The notes: generated by a model not told the origin, from the letters alone. A stretch of 63,974 nucleotides of DNA, filler included, from Intoshia linei (GCA_001642005.1; 13 parts of 13 records of this genome joined end to end with filler, not necessarily neighbours in it), one strand, 5' to 3'; counted from the whole stretch's first letter, positions 13,169 through 28,549 are shown. Made by a program: numbers and translations.

Positions 13169-15182
13169 TTCTTAAAATTTATTTGTCCGGCCCACCCATC
13201 TATTTTATATAACAATCCGGCCTCTATCACAGAAAGTTGCCCATCCCTGATTTAAAGAAATATCCAAAATTTATGTTTTATAAAATGCTGTGACTTTTTT
13301 CAGTTTTAAAAAAACTTTTTGTTTGTTTGAGTGTGTGTGTTATCGTTTATTTAAATAACTAAGAGTGTTAGAATTATAACAACTTCCTGGTTTGGATTAA
13401 GTGGGTTTTTCAAAAAAATATTGAACAAAGGGGAATTTTACCTTAAGGGTTGGTAAAATTGGGTTTTTCTAAAAAATTATTGGAAAAAGCGGAATTTTCT
13501 CTTAAATGTTGATAAAAGGGTATTATTATTAGGCTTTTTTTAGGCCGAGTGTGGCGAAATTTTTATAAAATTGGTGTGTTTCGTTAAAAAATCAAAAAAC
13601 ATGACTAAATAATTAATTTCAAAATTCATTCCACCAAAATCAAAAATATAATTACATAATGTAAAATGTTATATTTGGGCCTCCGTCAAGCCTTAGACCA
13701 GGTTTAAAAGACTAGACAAGGCTAGTGTTAAAATTCATACAACAAAAATGGGTCTTTATAATTATTTATTCAAATTTTTCTCAGACCCTCTGGGCCGCAG
13801 GCCCCACGTTGGGAATGGCTGGTCTAAAGTGTCGATTTTAGTACGATAAACAAACAAAAAAATTATCATATTTTCTCAGGTGCCCTAAAATTAATCTGAA
13901 AGCCATATCAATTTAACCCCTAAAAATGACCTTTATATTTAATTAATATTTAAATTTAAATTTAATAATACCAATAAAGGATATTCAAACTAAAGGTTTA
14001 TTCTAGGAGAAAAATAATAAAAATAAAATGAAAATTTTAAAAATTCTTTTATATTCTTACCATCAGTAATTTTATCAAACAGTGAAATTGTGTTTGTAAA
14101 CCATTGACGACTTTTAAACTCGTCAAACATTTATTATTTTTGAAACAAACACGAAACTTTGTATTTTGTGAATTTAACTTAAATTTTAGGTTTTATATGA
14201 ACAATTTTTATTTGTTTTGTCATTTTAAAACTTTATTACCTTAATGTTACCATATTTTGCTAAATATTTTGATTATAATGTTATAATTTTGTTATAAAAA
14301 TTTTATTAGCTTAACATTTAGATTCTTAATCTAAGACATCTAATAAGCACGTTTAAGAATGGTTTTACTTAGAACTAGAAATATTTTTCTATTGTTTATT
14401 CAACAGTTTTTCGAAAAAAGTTGTTATAAAAAATTTTCCTCATTCTAATAATAATAGTACAATAATAATAATAGTGTAATAATAAATTTTCACGTAAAAT
14501 AAAATGACCAGAAAAGTACGTACTATCACTTATAGTTTATTTAGAATAATTTTTAAGCCGAAAATTTTTGTTCGTCATCATAGATAAGTAGTTTTGGCTT
14601 TACATTTAACACCAAATAAACTAAAATTGATATTACATATTTTTTCTCGACACTTACGTAAAATGTAACGAAAATAAAGTGTCGTTCTGATTGTTCATTC
14701 TTTTAAACACATGGAATCATTCCATTGAAATGTTGTTTGCAAACACTATTTTACTGTTTGATAAAATTACCAAAATATTTTTATTTACACTTTTCGTATA
14801 ACATTTTTTAAATTTCAATTTGTTAGCATTTCTAATATAAATAAAAAGTTAAAAATGGTGCATGTTAGTGATTTAAAGTATTAACAACTCAAAATATAGG
14901 GGTTTAAGTCATTATAAAATTGATAATATATTGTATATTTAACCACCTAAAATTATTACTTTTTAATAACAAAAAATGTTCCAATAAATGTAATAAAATT
15001 TAAAGTTTACACATGTGTCAATGTAAAATACAAACAAATAATCATTTTATTCTGAAAATGTTTAAACAAATGCGTACAATATTCTTAACTGGTATTACTA
15101 AAATTTTCTTAATTTCTTGTAAATGAAGGCTTATATTAAATATATATTATTTATAGATACGTAATATATACCTCTTTCTTAG

Positions 15183-16991
15183 ATGTACAACATGCCAATG
15201 AATCTTGATGATTTTCATATGCTTAACGTATCTCAAAAAAAACATTTATTTGAATGTAAGGTAAAAGAATTGAATTGTACTACACAAAATAGCCAAAAAT
15301 TTACTAGAAACAATAGTTTTAATCTTAATTCAAATGTTAAAAATAGTGTCAAAATTAAAAAGTTGCAAAAGAGTAATACAGTTAAATATCGAAACAGAAA
15401 AACTAAAATCTTTGAAAACAATTTCTCTTTATTCGATTGTTCTGTAGATGTAGCAAAAACTAGCAATATCACTAAAAAGAATTCTCAGTCAAGTACTATT
15501 GATTTTAATTTTCTCGATTGCAACAAGACCAGAACATTTCATGATATACCAGGTCATTTTTATTAACTAATCAAATATATAATACTATAATATTCACTAT
15601 TGCACTCACCCTTTTTGACGGATGGCCATATTTAATGATTATAATTAGAGTAAACTAAAAAGACCACCTTTGAAAAGATGTAACGTGTAGAAAAATAATA
15701 AAATGTATCATGCTCATTTTAATGATAAAATATATAGGTAAGTGCATTAGCTTTATGACATAATTGTTCTAAAACTGTGTTTTGAATATTTTAATTGTAT
15801 ATGAAATTGTTAAAAAACATTCATATTTGAAAATGATTTATTTTATTTAATTTCGAGCATCTACAAAATAAAAAGCAACAATAAAATGATATATAGTTCG
15901 TACTTATATAAAAGGCTACGCGATTTTTGTTTGTGTGTCTTGTGTAACGGTTTTAAAAAAGAAATGATATGCTATATAAATGCAAATTAATTAATTGTAA
16001 ACAAATTAAAATCGATAGTTATTTTTCAAAAGTATAGAATAAACTTAAAAAATCAAGCTTTATTCGAATTAAATTCTGGTTTTATAAATCTCGTTAATCA
16101 AAGGATACCTGCATATGTATAATATGATTAATATTGTACTATAGTTTTTTTGGTACCATGTGTGATATTCATTATTTACATTATCTGTCTTCTATCAAAT
16201 ATTGATGTTTTATATAATAAAATTGGCAAGCGGTGCTTTCCAAACACATAAATATATGTATTTGTTACCGTCTTTTAGTTGAATTGAGTCACTTTAAATT
16301 TTTTCGATATCTGAAGGAAAAATTAAATTTTACTAACATTTTACAAGTTATTCGTAACTGGGTGCATATTTAATTTTTGGGATGCATGGAGCTATTTTGC
16401 TGTTTTATTAATTACATTAATAAACCGATAATAATTAATTAAAAAATGTAACATTATAATGCCTGGTTGTTAATGATATTTTGCATGTAAACAAGTGGTT
16501 TCCAATCTTTTTCCTACATGAATCCCTTGTCACACAAAAAAATGTATGTGGACTAAATAATTTTTTAAAAAAACCCTTAATCCTGAACACGTCACTAAGG
16601 TAATATTTACATTTTTTTATTGTATATTCCTCCTTAAATCGAAAATTAAAATTAAAACCGATGCATCGGTCCAAAGTAAATTTGATGTGAAAGGGAATAA
16701 CTATCTACTCGGTCAAGCACATATTTATCATTCCATTTCCAAATTTTCAGATAAATACAAAAATTAATATATAGGTTGTGCAAATAAAAGTTTATAAAAT
16801 TTCAATTTAAACATTTATTTTAGAAAATACAAATGAATACGAAGATTCTGTGTATCATTTGGATAACGAAAATATGAATACACATGAAATTAATCGTTAC
16901 AGTTTTATCAATTCAAGTTTCACTGGATCGAATAAGAATAAAGGAGGTATCAGTACATGCAGTACGATTAGTTGCAATGCAGATAATTATG
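15183..16991 (+). CDS. Probable exons of an unassigned low-complexity protein
   Basis: Open AG/GT-bounded segments 15183-15552 and ~16824-16991 (ENTNEYEDSVYHLD..CSTISCNADNY). No recognisable domain. Confidence 0.3.
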
Positions 16992-17332
16992 GTAAATTTG
17001 ATAATTAAGAAGCAACAAATAAACAATCCTTGATCCTGCATTGACAAGCAATATATCAGATTAGACGCAACCACGATAAAAAATTACACTTTACATGTAT
17101 AATTAACATTTGTACATTGAACTAAGTAACAAATTAATGGGCATTGCACAATGTACATATTTAACCGTGCACTGTAAATTAGAGTGTTTTCAAAAAGAGT
17201 GACTTTATGTACATAATAAAAAATATGAATAATTCTATAATAATAAAATTTTAATAAAATTATTTTTTGATTGAAAAAAAAAATTTTCGCCCAAGCGTTT
17301 CAATGTCGTAAATCATCATAAATTTAGAAAAA

Positions 17333-18637
17333 TATACACTCTGATACTGCTAATAAAATCATAAATATTATCATAAATTTAAATTTAACCAAAATATATC
17401 TACAGGGCCAAAACCACAAATGACCCTTTTTTTTAATGAAAACAGCCCTAGAATTTAAAAACATTACAGGTGGTACAGTTGTACCCTGTTAACACACACA
17501 AAAAAATTCAATCCGAATAAGTAACGACTTCACGGTCAAAAAAGTATTTTAGTATTCATATATTTTTTTTCCGAAATNNNNNNNNNNNNNNNNNNNNNNN
17601 NNNNNNNNNNNNNNNNNNNNNTTAATTAATTAANNNNNNNNNNNNNNNNNNNNNNNNNNNNNNNNNNNNNNNNNNNNGAAAAATAATTTTTAATATATTA
17701 TCAACCAATATTTTTCAAATATTTTGATTAATATAAAAATTGAAAATGTAAATATTGATCCTACAATTTCAAAAAAAAAATGTTCATTGAACGTCTACAC
17801 ATTTACAATAAAGAAATATGGGTGAAAATCTATATAATTCATTCCTTCGAAATTTTTTTTATTGCTACGCAATTTTTAAATTTCAAATTCTCATTTTCAA
17901 AACATTTTGAATACAATTAAATAGAAACTAAACGACGAAACTAAAACAACTTTTTTAATATCATTTTTATATTTATTACAATTCTTTGCAATTCTGGAAA
18001 ATTTCGACTAAAATATGTTTAACATTCGTATTCGGTGAATTTTTGCTGCATAATTGGTATTTTTAAGTATTTATTAAATTGGTACTGACACATTAATATG
18101 AATATATATCATCACATTGAAAACGACAAAATAGGTTTTTATAATTTATAATTTTATTTTTTCTGGAATTTATGCTATTTATGACAATTTTTAGGATTTG
18201 AGTGTTTTTACTTTATTGTTAAGATTATACAACTCATTCTGTCTAATAAATTATTTCTTTAATTTTATTTTTTCTGGAATTTATGCTATTTATGACAATT
18301 TTTAGGATTGGACGTTTAATATTATACACATTTACTAACTAATAAATTAAAAAAATAGGATAACAATTGTTTTTACAACTTTACGCAAATGTAAACAAAG
18401 AAAATTAAGATAGAATAATTCACTTTAAAGTAAAAAGTAATGTGATATGATGGTTCCACCTGAAACAAAATTTAGAACCACTCTTTTAAAGGATTGATAA
18501 TAGTAAATAGTTGGATTTTTAAGTTAGATTTTCAACATTAATTTATTTTTTTGGTAGAATAAAAATGTGCCCTCGGCAGAGCTAGGTGATGTTTGTAAGT
18601 ACATAACAACATATAATGTACATAACAGTTAACCTAG
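17333..18637 (+). mobile_element. Helitron family A copy spanning a gap
   Basis: Reverse complement of 10365-11745. Ends GTGCCCTCGGCAGAGCTAGGTG..CATAACAGTTAACCTAG|T at 18637. Confidence 0.8.
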
Positions 18638-20017
18638 TTGTAGTATATAAATAAAAGTATTATAATTCTTACTTATCACTATAGGTCTGTTTGCAGCTAT
18701 AATTGTAATAATTGTATTTATTAAAGTTAAACATAAATGTGTTGCCAAAATTTTTTTAATTATCATAATTGATGAATCAGTTTTTCTGTTTACTGAAAAC
18801 CAGTAATTCTAATAATTAGGAATCAACCTTCAATAAAGTTAATTTTATATGTGTAAATAATATGATGACAGCTATCGAATTTGTTTATTTATTAGTTTTT
18901 ACGATTTATCAGTAATAATAATTATTATTACATATTACATTACATTATATAATATAATAATTATAACTATATTACATATATTATTTTGTATATTGTTAGT
19001 AGCCATGCGTTTTCCGAGAAAACTGTGGTCATATAAAACAAGCAATTTGAAAGTATTGTAAAGATAGATGAGATATTTGCCAATGATCATTCGAACTGTC
19101 TTTTCTTACTAAATACTGTAATGATTGTTGTAAATACAATGTACACTGTACCATCGGGCTATTCCAGTTTTAATTTTTTTTGAAATTTAAAAAAGACATA
19201 TCGCATTGTTAAAGTAAATATAATGTTCTATTTGCATAAATATTATTTAAATTTTAAAAATACTATATTGCCTAAAATATAATTTTTTGATTGAAATTTA
19301 GTTATACAATTTAGTTTGTTAATATTTGTTGAAGTATATTGAAAAGTTTTGTACGATAAAAATAAAGTGTTTTCCATAATTTAAATTTCATTAATGGAAC
19401 AATTAGACGAACTATTTGATTTGAAAAAATTGCAAGTAGAACATTATTATATAGAAACTGTTAACATTTAACATTTTTTGTCATCAAAATTAATTTTGAT
19501 CAATTTATATCTATAAATTATAAAATTTGTTACTCATTATCTATTTTGATTAACATACTTTTAATATCTTTCTTTTTAGAATCTGTGAGGTTATTTTTAA
19601 TAGGAATTTGATAATTTTGTAAGGAATTATCAAGTCGAGATCTAGTAATTGAACCAGTAAATATTAGTTATCCCATAAATTAATACTAGTTCAAGCTTAA
19701 CTTTTTTGGTAAAACATAAAAGATATGATTTGCAACATTTTTCATCAAAACATCAAAAGCAAACGAACAACTCAAAATACTTTTAATTTAAACCGCTTAA
19801 TTCTTTAAGACGTAATAATTTAAACTTTAAACTTTAATTGCATACCATTGTATACAAATATATCGTAGTATAGTAAAGTAGTCAAAATAGATACAAAGTG
19901 AATATCGGAACAATTTAAACTTTAAATATTATACATATATCTGTATATTGCAAATCTAGGAGACAAATCAAAACAATAAAAATTGATATTAAATAAATTA
20001 AATAATTAATAATAAAA

Positions 20018-22816
20018 ATGGCCCGCAAAAAGGCTGACAAACTGGCCAAAATGACGGAAGAAGAAAAGTTATTATACCTGGACCAACAAAAAGCAGCCGA
20101 AGAAGAAATGGCACGTAAAAAGGAAGATTTACTGATCGAATTTCTTCGAGTAATATTATTTTTCCCCCTACTTTATGTAAAACGTGTATAAATTAGGATA
20201 AGTTGGAAAAAGAAATGAAAGCTACAAAATTCAACATGAACAAATTAAACCATCAATGGCGCAATGTTATGCGTGATTTAAAATCGAAAGAATTGAAACG
20301 AGAAATTGAAATTTTATCACAATCATTTGAAAGAGTTATTGATAGAAAAGATAGTATTATAAAAACACTTATGGAAACAATTGTAGAATCTGTCACTCAG
20401 GTCTATACGGCTCTATCTAGTCACAATCATAATATTAGATGGTTAAATGGTACGTTTAATGTTGAAATTGTGATGTTTACTGAAAATTTAATTCAGTTTT
20501 TTAAATTAAAATGTAGAAATTCATCACGGCCGACTTCATGGTATAAATATTGAATTTGAAGACAAAAAAATGAATTTGATTCATCAGTGTGACAAAGAAA
20601 TGAATACTTTAAGAATAATTTTCCAAGACGATGTTAATAACCTTCAAGACATTAATTTTTCAATGGAGCAAAAATTTACAATTAAAAATGATAATTCCAA
20701 AAAAGAATTTATAAATTACTTGGATGAAATTAAAAGCAAGGTAAAATTAACTATACATTTCATTTATCTTTAATTGTTGTTATTAACTTATTAGGTTTGA
20801 CAGTTGGATTTTTCATAACCTTATTGATACTTCTTGTGATTATATTAACCAAATCTATTTCTCCAACTACAATTGTAATTGAAAATGCCAACTATAAAAT
20901 TTTTATTAACAAATTATTTAATATTAAAGTAAAATAATAACAGAAATAGAGGGGAACGTTGTTATTTACTTTAATATGACTATATGCATTAAAATGTTTT
21001 ATTCCCTCTTTTTTAAAGGGTGGGTCAAAATAATCACAAAACTAACTTATTTGATTGAAATTTGGTTACATAGGCATTAGAAGAAAAGCATGCATCTAAA
21101 ATAGCACTGGAAATGAGTATAAATGATCTATGGAATCAATATTTGCATGTTTCTAAAGAATATAAAGAATCAACTAATGACAGACGTAAATTATTCGAAG
21201 CTTTAAAAACAAAAGATGAAAAAAGCGCCATTGAAATGGAGAGTCAAATGCAAAAAATTCAGTTTATTTCGGTAATAAGAAATTTTTATAATATTTTTCC
21301 CTTAACCGTGTTTATTATAAACTTTACATTAATATACAAATAATAGAAAATAACAACTTTGCTGTCAAAAACTCATAAATTATTGTATTATCATTTTAAT
21401 TTTCATATTTTGCAAATAATTTCATTCGAAAGTAAAATTTTAAATAAAAAAACCATGTAATAAACATCGTATTTGTTTTACTGACTGTTCAATAATATTG
21501 ATTTCAATCTCTGAACTAAATTTTGGTTTTAAAATCTATTCTTAACAATCAATGTATATTTTTAATTTTTCTTTAACTATCGATTTTCACATTTAATTTA
21601 AATATAAATTTACTATGGTTTAAATTTTTACAATTATTTTAATGATTTATATTGTTGATATACATTCGATTCTCCCTGTACAAAAATATTTAAATATCCT
21701 CTGTACTGAAACGAAATTTTGCTTTCATTATAAAGTTAAACATAAAAAGTATTCGATTCTATTTATTTTATCGATGTTTAAAGTTCTCATAATTTTATAA
21801 AAATTATCACTAAAAACAAAAATAAATAAGGTAGAGTTAAATTTAAAAATATAACACAAGACCACTCAAACCACAGCTACAGAATCTGATCATAGCATTC
21901 GAGTAAATAAAGTTATATTTTAGTTTCTGTAAAATTTTTTGTATGGTATGTTTAAAATGGCAAGCGTCTTCGCTAAAAATTCTCCAAAATCATTTTTTTC
22001 AGTGTAGCCATAAAACTGTAATACGATACTTTATCCGTAACTGAATTATAAAATTTCCAAAAAAAGTACTAATATTCACACACTAATATACACCATATAA
22101 TATTTTACATCGGTTAAGGTTAATTTTTAACTTAAGGCGATTAACCAATCTCTCAAAATTTCATGTATAATTTTAAAAGTAGTGCTATAAACCGTTCAAT
22201 GAATCAGTTACTTTCTGTAATCTTAATTTTTCAAATTTTGCCCACAATATGTCATCTTTATAAAGTTATTTAAATTATATTATTTAAATTATTATTTTGA
22301 GTTGGTTTTAGTAATTTGCAGAAAGCATAATGCAACTTTAGGTTAAATAATTCATCATACCCAAACCATCTTAACCGAGGCATAGTTGTACTTGTAGTAG
22401 ACTTGAGCGGCATTTTTTAAATACACTGATGTGTATAGTATAGTGTACATTTTATATTGCATACACTGTTCCGCAGTGCGCGTGTGCAGATTCGCAAGTT
22501 TGTCTATTAACTATAAAATATAAAAAATGTATGTAAATTGAATATAAAATGATAAAAATAGGATAATATTCAGCAATTGAGATTGAAAATGCAGATGAAT
22601 TCAAAAGAAGCAGATCAACACAATAGAAGCATAAAAGATGTAATATTGCATTGATAAAAATAAATATACATTTAGAAACGAGATACAATGACGAAACAAT
22701 TCCACATGCTCAAGAGTAAAATGAATATAACAAGAAACAAGGCTCAAAGGGATATGAAGTGTTTAGTTTTAAAAGGAAATGAAACTGTTGAAGAATTAAA
22801 AACTGTTTGTAATCAG
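20018..22816 (+). CDS. CCDC65: Dynein regulatory complex subunit 2, 5' exons
   Basis: MARKKADKLAKMTEEEKLLYLDQQKAAEEEMARKKE..LNHQWRNVMRDLKSKELKREIEILSQSFERVIDRKDSII..FEALKTKDEKSAIEM closely follows CCDC65/DRC2. Last + strand exon ends TVCNQ|GT at 22816. Confidence 0.92.
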
Positions 22817-23859
22817 GTTCATTTTTTACGCTCTACATTTCCAATGGTTGATGTACCGTCTTTTATCGTTTCAAACTGTAAATAAGCAGGATATTGAATA
22901 ATATCTACAAAATACAAAATAAATAAGATATAGAAAATAAAACCGAAAAAACCGGTTTTTAAATTTTCAATAAATTTAACAACACCAATTGTATTGCATT
23001 ACACAATTTACAATTTATTGGTATATTATACGGTGCGACACTGAAAAATACAATCAGATAAAATTTATATCATTAGAACCTTAAAGTTCTAGATAAAAAA
23101 ATTGTATAATTCAGAATTATATTTGGAGATCGCGCTCAAAAGTTATTTCAATTTCAAAATTCTAAATAATAAATAAATTTCTTAATAAATTTTTTAATGT
23201 AAACTTTTGCAATGAGATGTATTTCAATCACAAACGAAATTTATTATTTAATCCATTACGAACCATTTAAATGGTCATTTGTCTGTGATTTAAAAGTAGT
23301 GTGCAATGCACATTGTGCATATTAGCGGGCTTTCAAGCCGGTCATGTCAAATTACCATGTTTACGTGTAAATTTGAAGGCACGAGATTCTTATTTTATGG
23401 GTGAAGAAAACATAAATAATGTGCAGTTGGTACCTCTTCACACGAAACTCGGTTTAGTTAGGTAAAATATATGTAGCTTCATAAACAGAGTCTTAATTCA
23501 AAAATACAGAATCCACGATTAAAAATTATCTTTGGTAATAAAATTTCAGACATAAAAATTATTAATGTGGTTTTTACAAGCCCTGAAATTGATAAGATTT
23601 TGAAAAATCCTGTTCCATATATCTTAAACATAAAACTTTAAAAGAGGTTTTGAAGCCTTTAATGATATTGTACGTGGTTTTATGGAGTAAAGAGCGCAAA
23701 AATAATTATTTTGAATTTATAGAAAAGTTATTCGATTCCTACAAAGCAGTTAGTGTCTGTTTAGTCACAAGATGCATTATTTACGTTATCATACTGATTG
23801 TTTTCCCCAAAATTGCGCTAAATTACCTGATGAGCATGGTGAACGTCTACAATGTACAT

Positions 23860-24343
23860 TAGGGTGTCAACATTTTACATTTTTTTTAGATTTTGTTTGC
23901 CGCTCAGAGCTAATTCGGTTCACATCAATAAATTATTAAGAATGGCTCAATTTTAATATATATAATTAAGGATTGAGTCCGCAAGAAGACATTAAAAATT
24001 TCAGAAAATTTTCAAGAAATAACTTTATTATAATACATTTACAATATTATAAATCATTATTATTGAAAACATTTATTATTGATACTATTTTTTGTCGTTC
24101 GTCTTCTATATTAGATATGGTAATGGCTTTCTTGAATTTCATTAATGCTCTCTCCGCTGGGTCATTAACAGAAAAAGCATTTTTGATATTGGTAACATCA
24201 TTTGTAAGATATTCTTTGTGGTTCATGAATTTTAATAGCGCGCAATTAATTATTATTTTAAAAATGGGGTTAATTGTTGACATTGATTTTCAAGAAATGA
24301 CCATGGCCATATCATTGATCCTAGCTTGCTGTGTATCAGATGC
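23860..24343 (-). mobile_element. hAT-superfamily (hATm-like) transposon, 3' part with transposase C-terminus
   Basis: ATGTACAT (8-bp TSD) then TAGGGTGTCAAC terminus at 23860. Minus ORF 24047-24283 contains VNDPAERAL..EDERQKIV. Confidence 0.75.
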
Positions 24344-24443
24344 NNNNNNNNNNNNNNNNNNNNNNNNNNNNNNNNNNNNNNNNNNNNTTAATTAATTAAN
24401 NNNNNNNNNNNNNNNNNNNNNNNNNNNNNNNNNNNNNNNNNNN

Positions 24444-24679
24444 ATATTAAAAATTATTTTTCACCGGGAATGCGTAGATTTCTGGAATTGAAATTTTTAT
24501 TTATATCAACTGGAATAAGCTCTATCAGAATAATCGAAATTTATCTTATTCGTCCCGGAAAAAACTGTAATTGAAATGTGGTCTTTAAAAAATTCTAAGA
24601 GTGGTAGTTATTTTAATAAAGTGGAACACACACACATACACACAAACAAAAATCGCGTAGCCTTTTATATAAGTTAGGA
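24444..24679 (-). mobile_element. Helitron family A, 5' part
   Basis: CACACAAACAAAAATCGCGTAGCC..ATATAAGTTAGGA|T terminus. Confidence 0.8.
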
Positions 24680-26248
24680 TATTAGTTTATCCGTTATCCC
24701 GCCGCTCACAGTTGTCGTGGTGGCAATTTCTTTTACTTTACTCATGTTGTTGAATATTTGCTAACTAAGGACCTACAAAAAAATAACACTCCTATGAGCT
24801 CCAAATCCAATGTTACTAAATGTTGCATTTGGGGAACATTGGAGGTTTCTCGACAAAAATGAAAGTTAAAATGTATTATTCATAAATTTCGATTAAATTC
24901 AAAGCAAATGATTATCTAGTTTTTTTATACAGAATTGAAAACTCATTGAAGTTTTGGAATGTTTTATATAATCAATTGCATCATCTCTTATTGATTAGGT
25001 AAACACTTCTAACATGTTGGTTTATTCTTCCGTCCAGAATCTGGAGTTTAGATTGATTTCTTTTTAGCTAGCACATTGTGCATTGTGCTAAGCACAAGGG
25101 TACATTTATGGTAAGGTAAGGGTTTATTTTATGATAATAATGTTTCATCAACATCGTTATAATTCCATGTTGCTACAAAGACGTTCGATCACAAACAGTA
25201 ATCATATGGACCATTTCTATCCTCGTTACATTACTTTTTGATATAAGGTATTTTGGAGGATTACCTTTTATTATCAGGTTATATTTTGATATTTTTCATC
25301 GATGTCGTTTATAAAAATAAAAATTGCTCAGAAATACGTCTATAAACATACAAATCAACAAACAAACATTAACACAAAGTAAACTAAATTACTTATAATT
25401 GTAAAAACTTACCGGTAAATATCCATTGTTCCATTTTGGGAACATTGGCTTTTATTGAATTAATCAGTCACCGTTAACATAACCGTTAGGGTGCAAAACT
25501 ATCTAATTAATTACATTTTTGAATCTATAATAGAATTGTGCTCAGATTATCTAAATGCGAAATTTTTAAATCAAAAATACTGGTCTGAATATTTTTTACC
25601 AGTTTGTAAAAAGTATATTAAAATTTAGATGAATACAGATATATTTGTATATTTGTTTCGATTATATAAGAAATAAGATTTAAACAGCGTTAAAAATTTG
25701 ATTTAGTTACACCTTTAATCGGCCTTTCAAAATATTTTTACGTTTTCACAGGTTGACTACAACTACTGTAGACTGAAAAGGTTGGTAAACACCGTATTTG
25801 AACATTTCATTTATTTTAATTAATTATTATTAAGTGTAAAACAAATCAGCTAAAACAATCATCTGTCACTATTAATAGTATAAATATTTTTATTATGTCC
25901 CATTGTTTTATCACTCTTTAAGATAACGGTGTGTATATTTGACTCACTTATAAAAAAAATATAATGATATACATTAAGTGAAATTAAAAAAAACAATCAT
26001 GTCGTATGATAACGTTTATTGGGTAACTACTCAAAAAATTGACAATTTGGCAGATAACATACTGTGATACAATATAATCTATTGAAGAGATAACTTATTA
26101 TTGGTTAAATCAATTTTTATTACAACTTTTAATAAGTTTTTACATATTTCTATCAATTGAATCATTAAGTCTAAAAATCTTTAGTGTTTGCATAATTTGC
26201 AGAATAAATTCAAGTAAAATTTAAAGTTTCAAAATAATAAAAATAGAC

Positions 26249-27928
26249 ATGAATTATAATGATTGTTCCAATAAAATCATATCCAATAATAATGGAATCG
26301 CCAATGAAAATGATGAGGATAAAGACGAAACAAGTGAAAATAGAAATATACTAGTTACAATGAGTCAAGATTGTTGTAGCCGTAATTTTATCAATGAAAA
26401 ACGATATGGGAGTAAAAGTTGTTTATTCTATTCATGCAATCAATACACAAAAGAAAAAAATAGAAAAAAAAGATTTAAAATGAATTATTTGAACCAAAAA
26501 TGGAATTTCATACCTAAAATATCAAAATTATCTATGAATATGTCGTTTGTAAGAGATGAAATGACTGAAATGTTTCGACCCGAAAATAATTGTAAAATAG
26601 TGACAACCCCGAATAGTGATTTAAGTTTTATGACACCTAAATTTAGCGATTTTTTTGATATGAAATTTAGCAAAAAATATAAAACTAAACCTAAAATGTT
26701 GGATTTCCCGTCTGTATCTTCTGCACCGAATCTGCCAAATATTAATAACACACAAATAAAAATTACAAATATAAACAATATTCTACCACATTATGACAAT
26801 GTACTAGGACAATATTTTTATAAAACTGGCACGAATGAATGTAGCAATTTGATAATTTTAGAGCTATTTGACCAAAGTATGTGGCTAGAATTTGATAAGA
26901 TTCATAATGAAATGATTGTGACTAGAGATGGGCGCAATCTATTTCCAAGATTTGCAATATCTGTTTCCAATTTGAATCCACAAATTTACTATTCATTTGC
27001 TTTATATTTTCTAAGGTGAATATTTTTTTTGTATTTTAAATCGTGATTCAATTGTACAATGTACATTTCATTAAAATTCAAATCTGGTATACATTATGTA
27101 TTGAAACTATTTGCGTCATTAGGTTTATGCTTATCAAATTTTATTTATTTATCAGGGGGTTCCATCTTGTCATACTATAAAAATATTTGAATTTGAATTG
27201 CGAAATTTTTAAATTTTTGACAATTGGACTGGCGGTACTCATTGAATGTGCTTTGGTATATACCGGCATACTACATAATTAATTTATATAATACAAAATT
27301 ATATAGAAAAAGGGAATCAAAATTTAAATATGAGAAAAGCAAATGGATTCAAACCAATGAAACTACCGAATCTATATATCGTAATTTTAAATTGTATACG
27401 ATAAAATAATGCAATCTATAATTATAATTATGTTTTATATTAATTTAAAAATTTTTAGAAAGCATAGCGTACGTTCACCCGGATTCACCAAAATTAGGGC
27501 GAGATTGGTCGAAAGTGATTAGATTTAACAGATTAAAACTAACAAATTCTCGTAATGATTATTATAAGGAAATGGTAATTATTCATTTCGTATACAGACA
27601 ATTAAAATACAGAAATACAATGCAATGCAAATGTTACTAACCTGTTTTTTTTTATTATAAATTATTAATTGCACTATGTTTATGAATTCTGCATTTATCA
27701 TATCTAATTCTAATAATTTTCAAGATAAAGTTGACAACTCTACGTCAATATGTACCAGTAGTGGAGGCTTTTATATATAATGTAATGACAAAGACATACA
27801 CACCAGTAAAACAAAAACGGTTTGAAATCGCAAAATTTATCGTTGTGACAGCATACAATAATGCAGAACTCGTGGAACTCAAATCGGAACTCAATCCTTA
27901 TGCCAAAAAATTATCAAACAAGTCTTAA
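26249..27928 (+). CDS. Divergent T-box transcription factor
   Basis: Four exons (26249-27015, ~27307-27380, ~27458-27574, ~27725-27928): MWLEFDKIHNEMIVTRDGRNLFP, FKYEKSKW, YVHPDSPKLGRDW, FNRLKLTN, FIVVTAYNN..NPYAK. Subfamily not assignable by eye. Confidence 0.92.
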
Positions 27929-28549
27929 TTGCCTTTTTTATAAATAATATTAAATTATATGTCTAATGTTTATTTCAAAAAAAGTCGTTACTTTGTCAGA
28001 TTGAAATTTTTTTTCGTGTTAACTGGATGCAACTGTATCATCTGTAATATTATTTGGAATTTCTAAGACTGATTTCATTTTTTAAGAATAGGGTAATCAC
28101 GGGGTTTGATCGTGAAGCTACTTTTTGTATTGTAAAAATAAATTTAAAAAAGTGCTTTTATTATAGTATTAAAGTCACTTTGTGAAATCAAATTTTTTTA
28201 GTGTGTTTGTGTGTCAACTGGAGATGATTACATGAATTGTAATTTTTTAAAAAATTCTAGGACTATTTTTATTTTATAAAAAAAGGTCAATTGAAATTTT
28301 GATCCTGAAGATATCCCTTTGAAATTTATATTTATTATGTGTTCATGATTTCAAAATCTGTATCAGAGTTTTAGTGGCGGATTTAGGATGTTGAGCGGGC
28401 CAGATTACTTAAAATTTCTCTATAATTAGTAATTACAGCCTTTCTGAGATATTTTTGAATTAAAAGTACAATCTAAGATTTAATATAAAAATTAATATGA
28501 ATATGAAAATAATATATAATTAATATAACTTATATGTTAGTATAAATTC

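Noticed and set aside
24690-25460. Coding-like minus-strand fragments; also 43812-43945 and 54349-54870
   Set aside because: Multiple stops or too short, with no recognisable family; cannot support a call.
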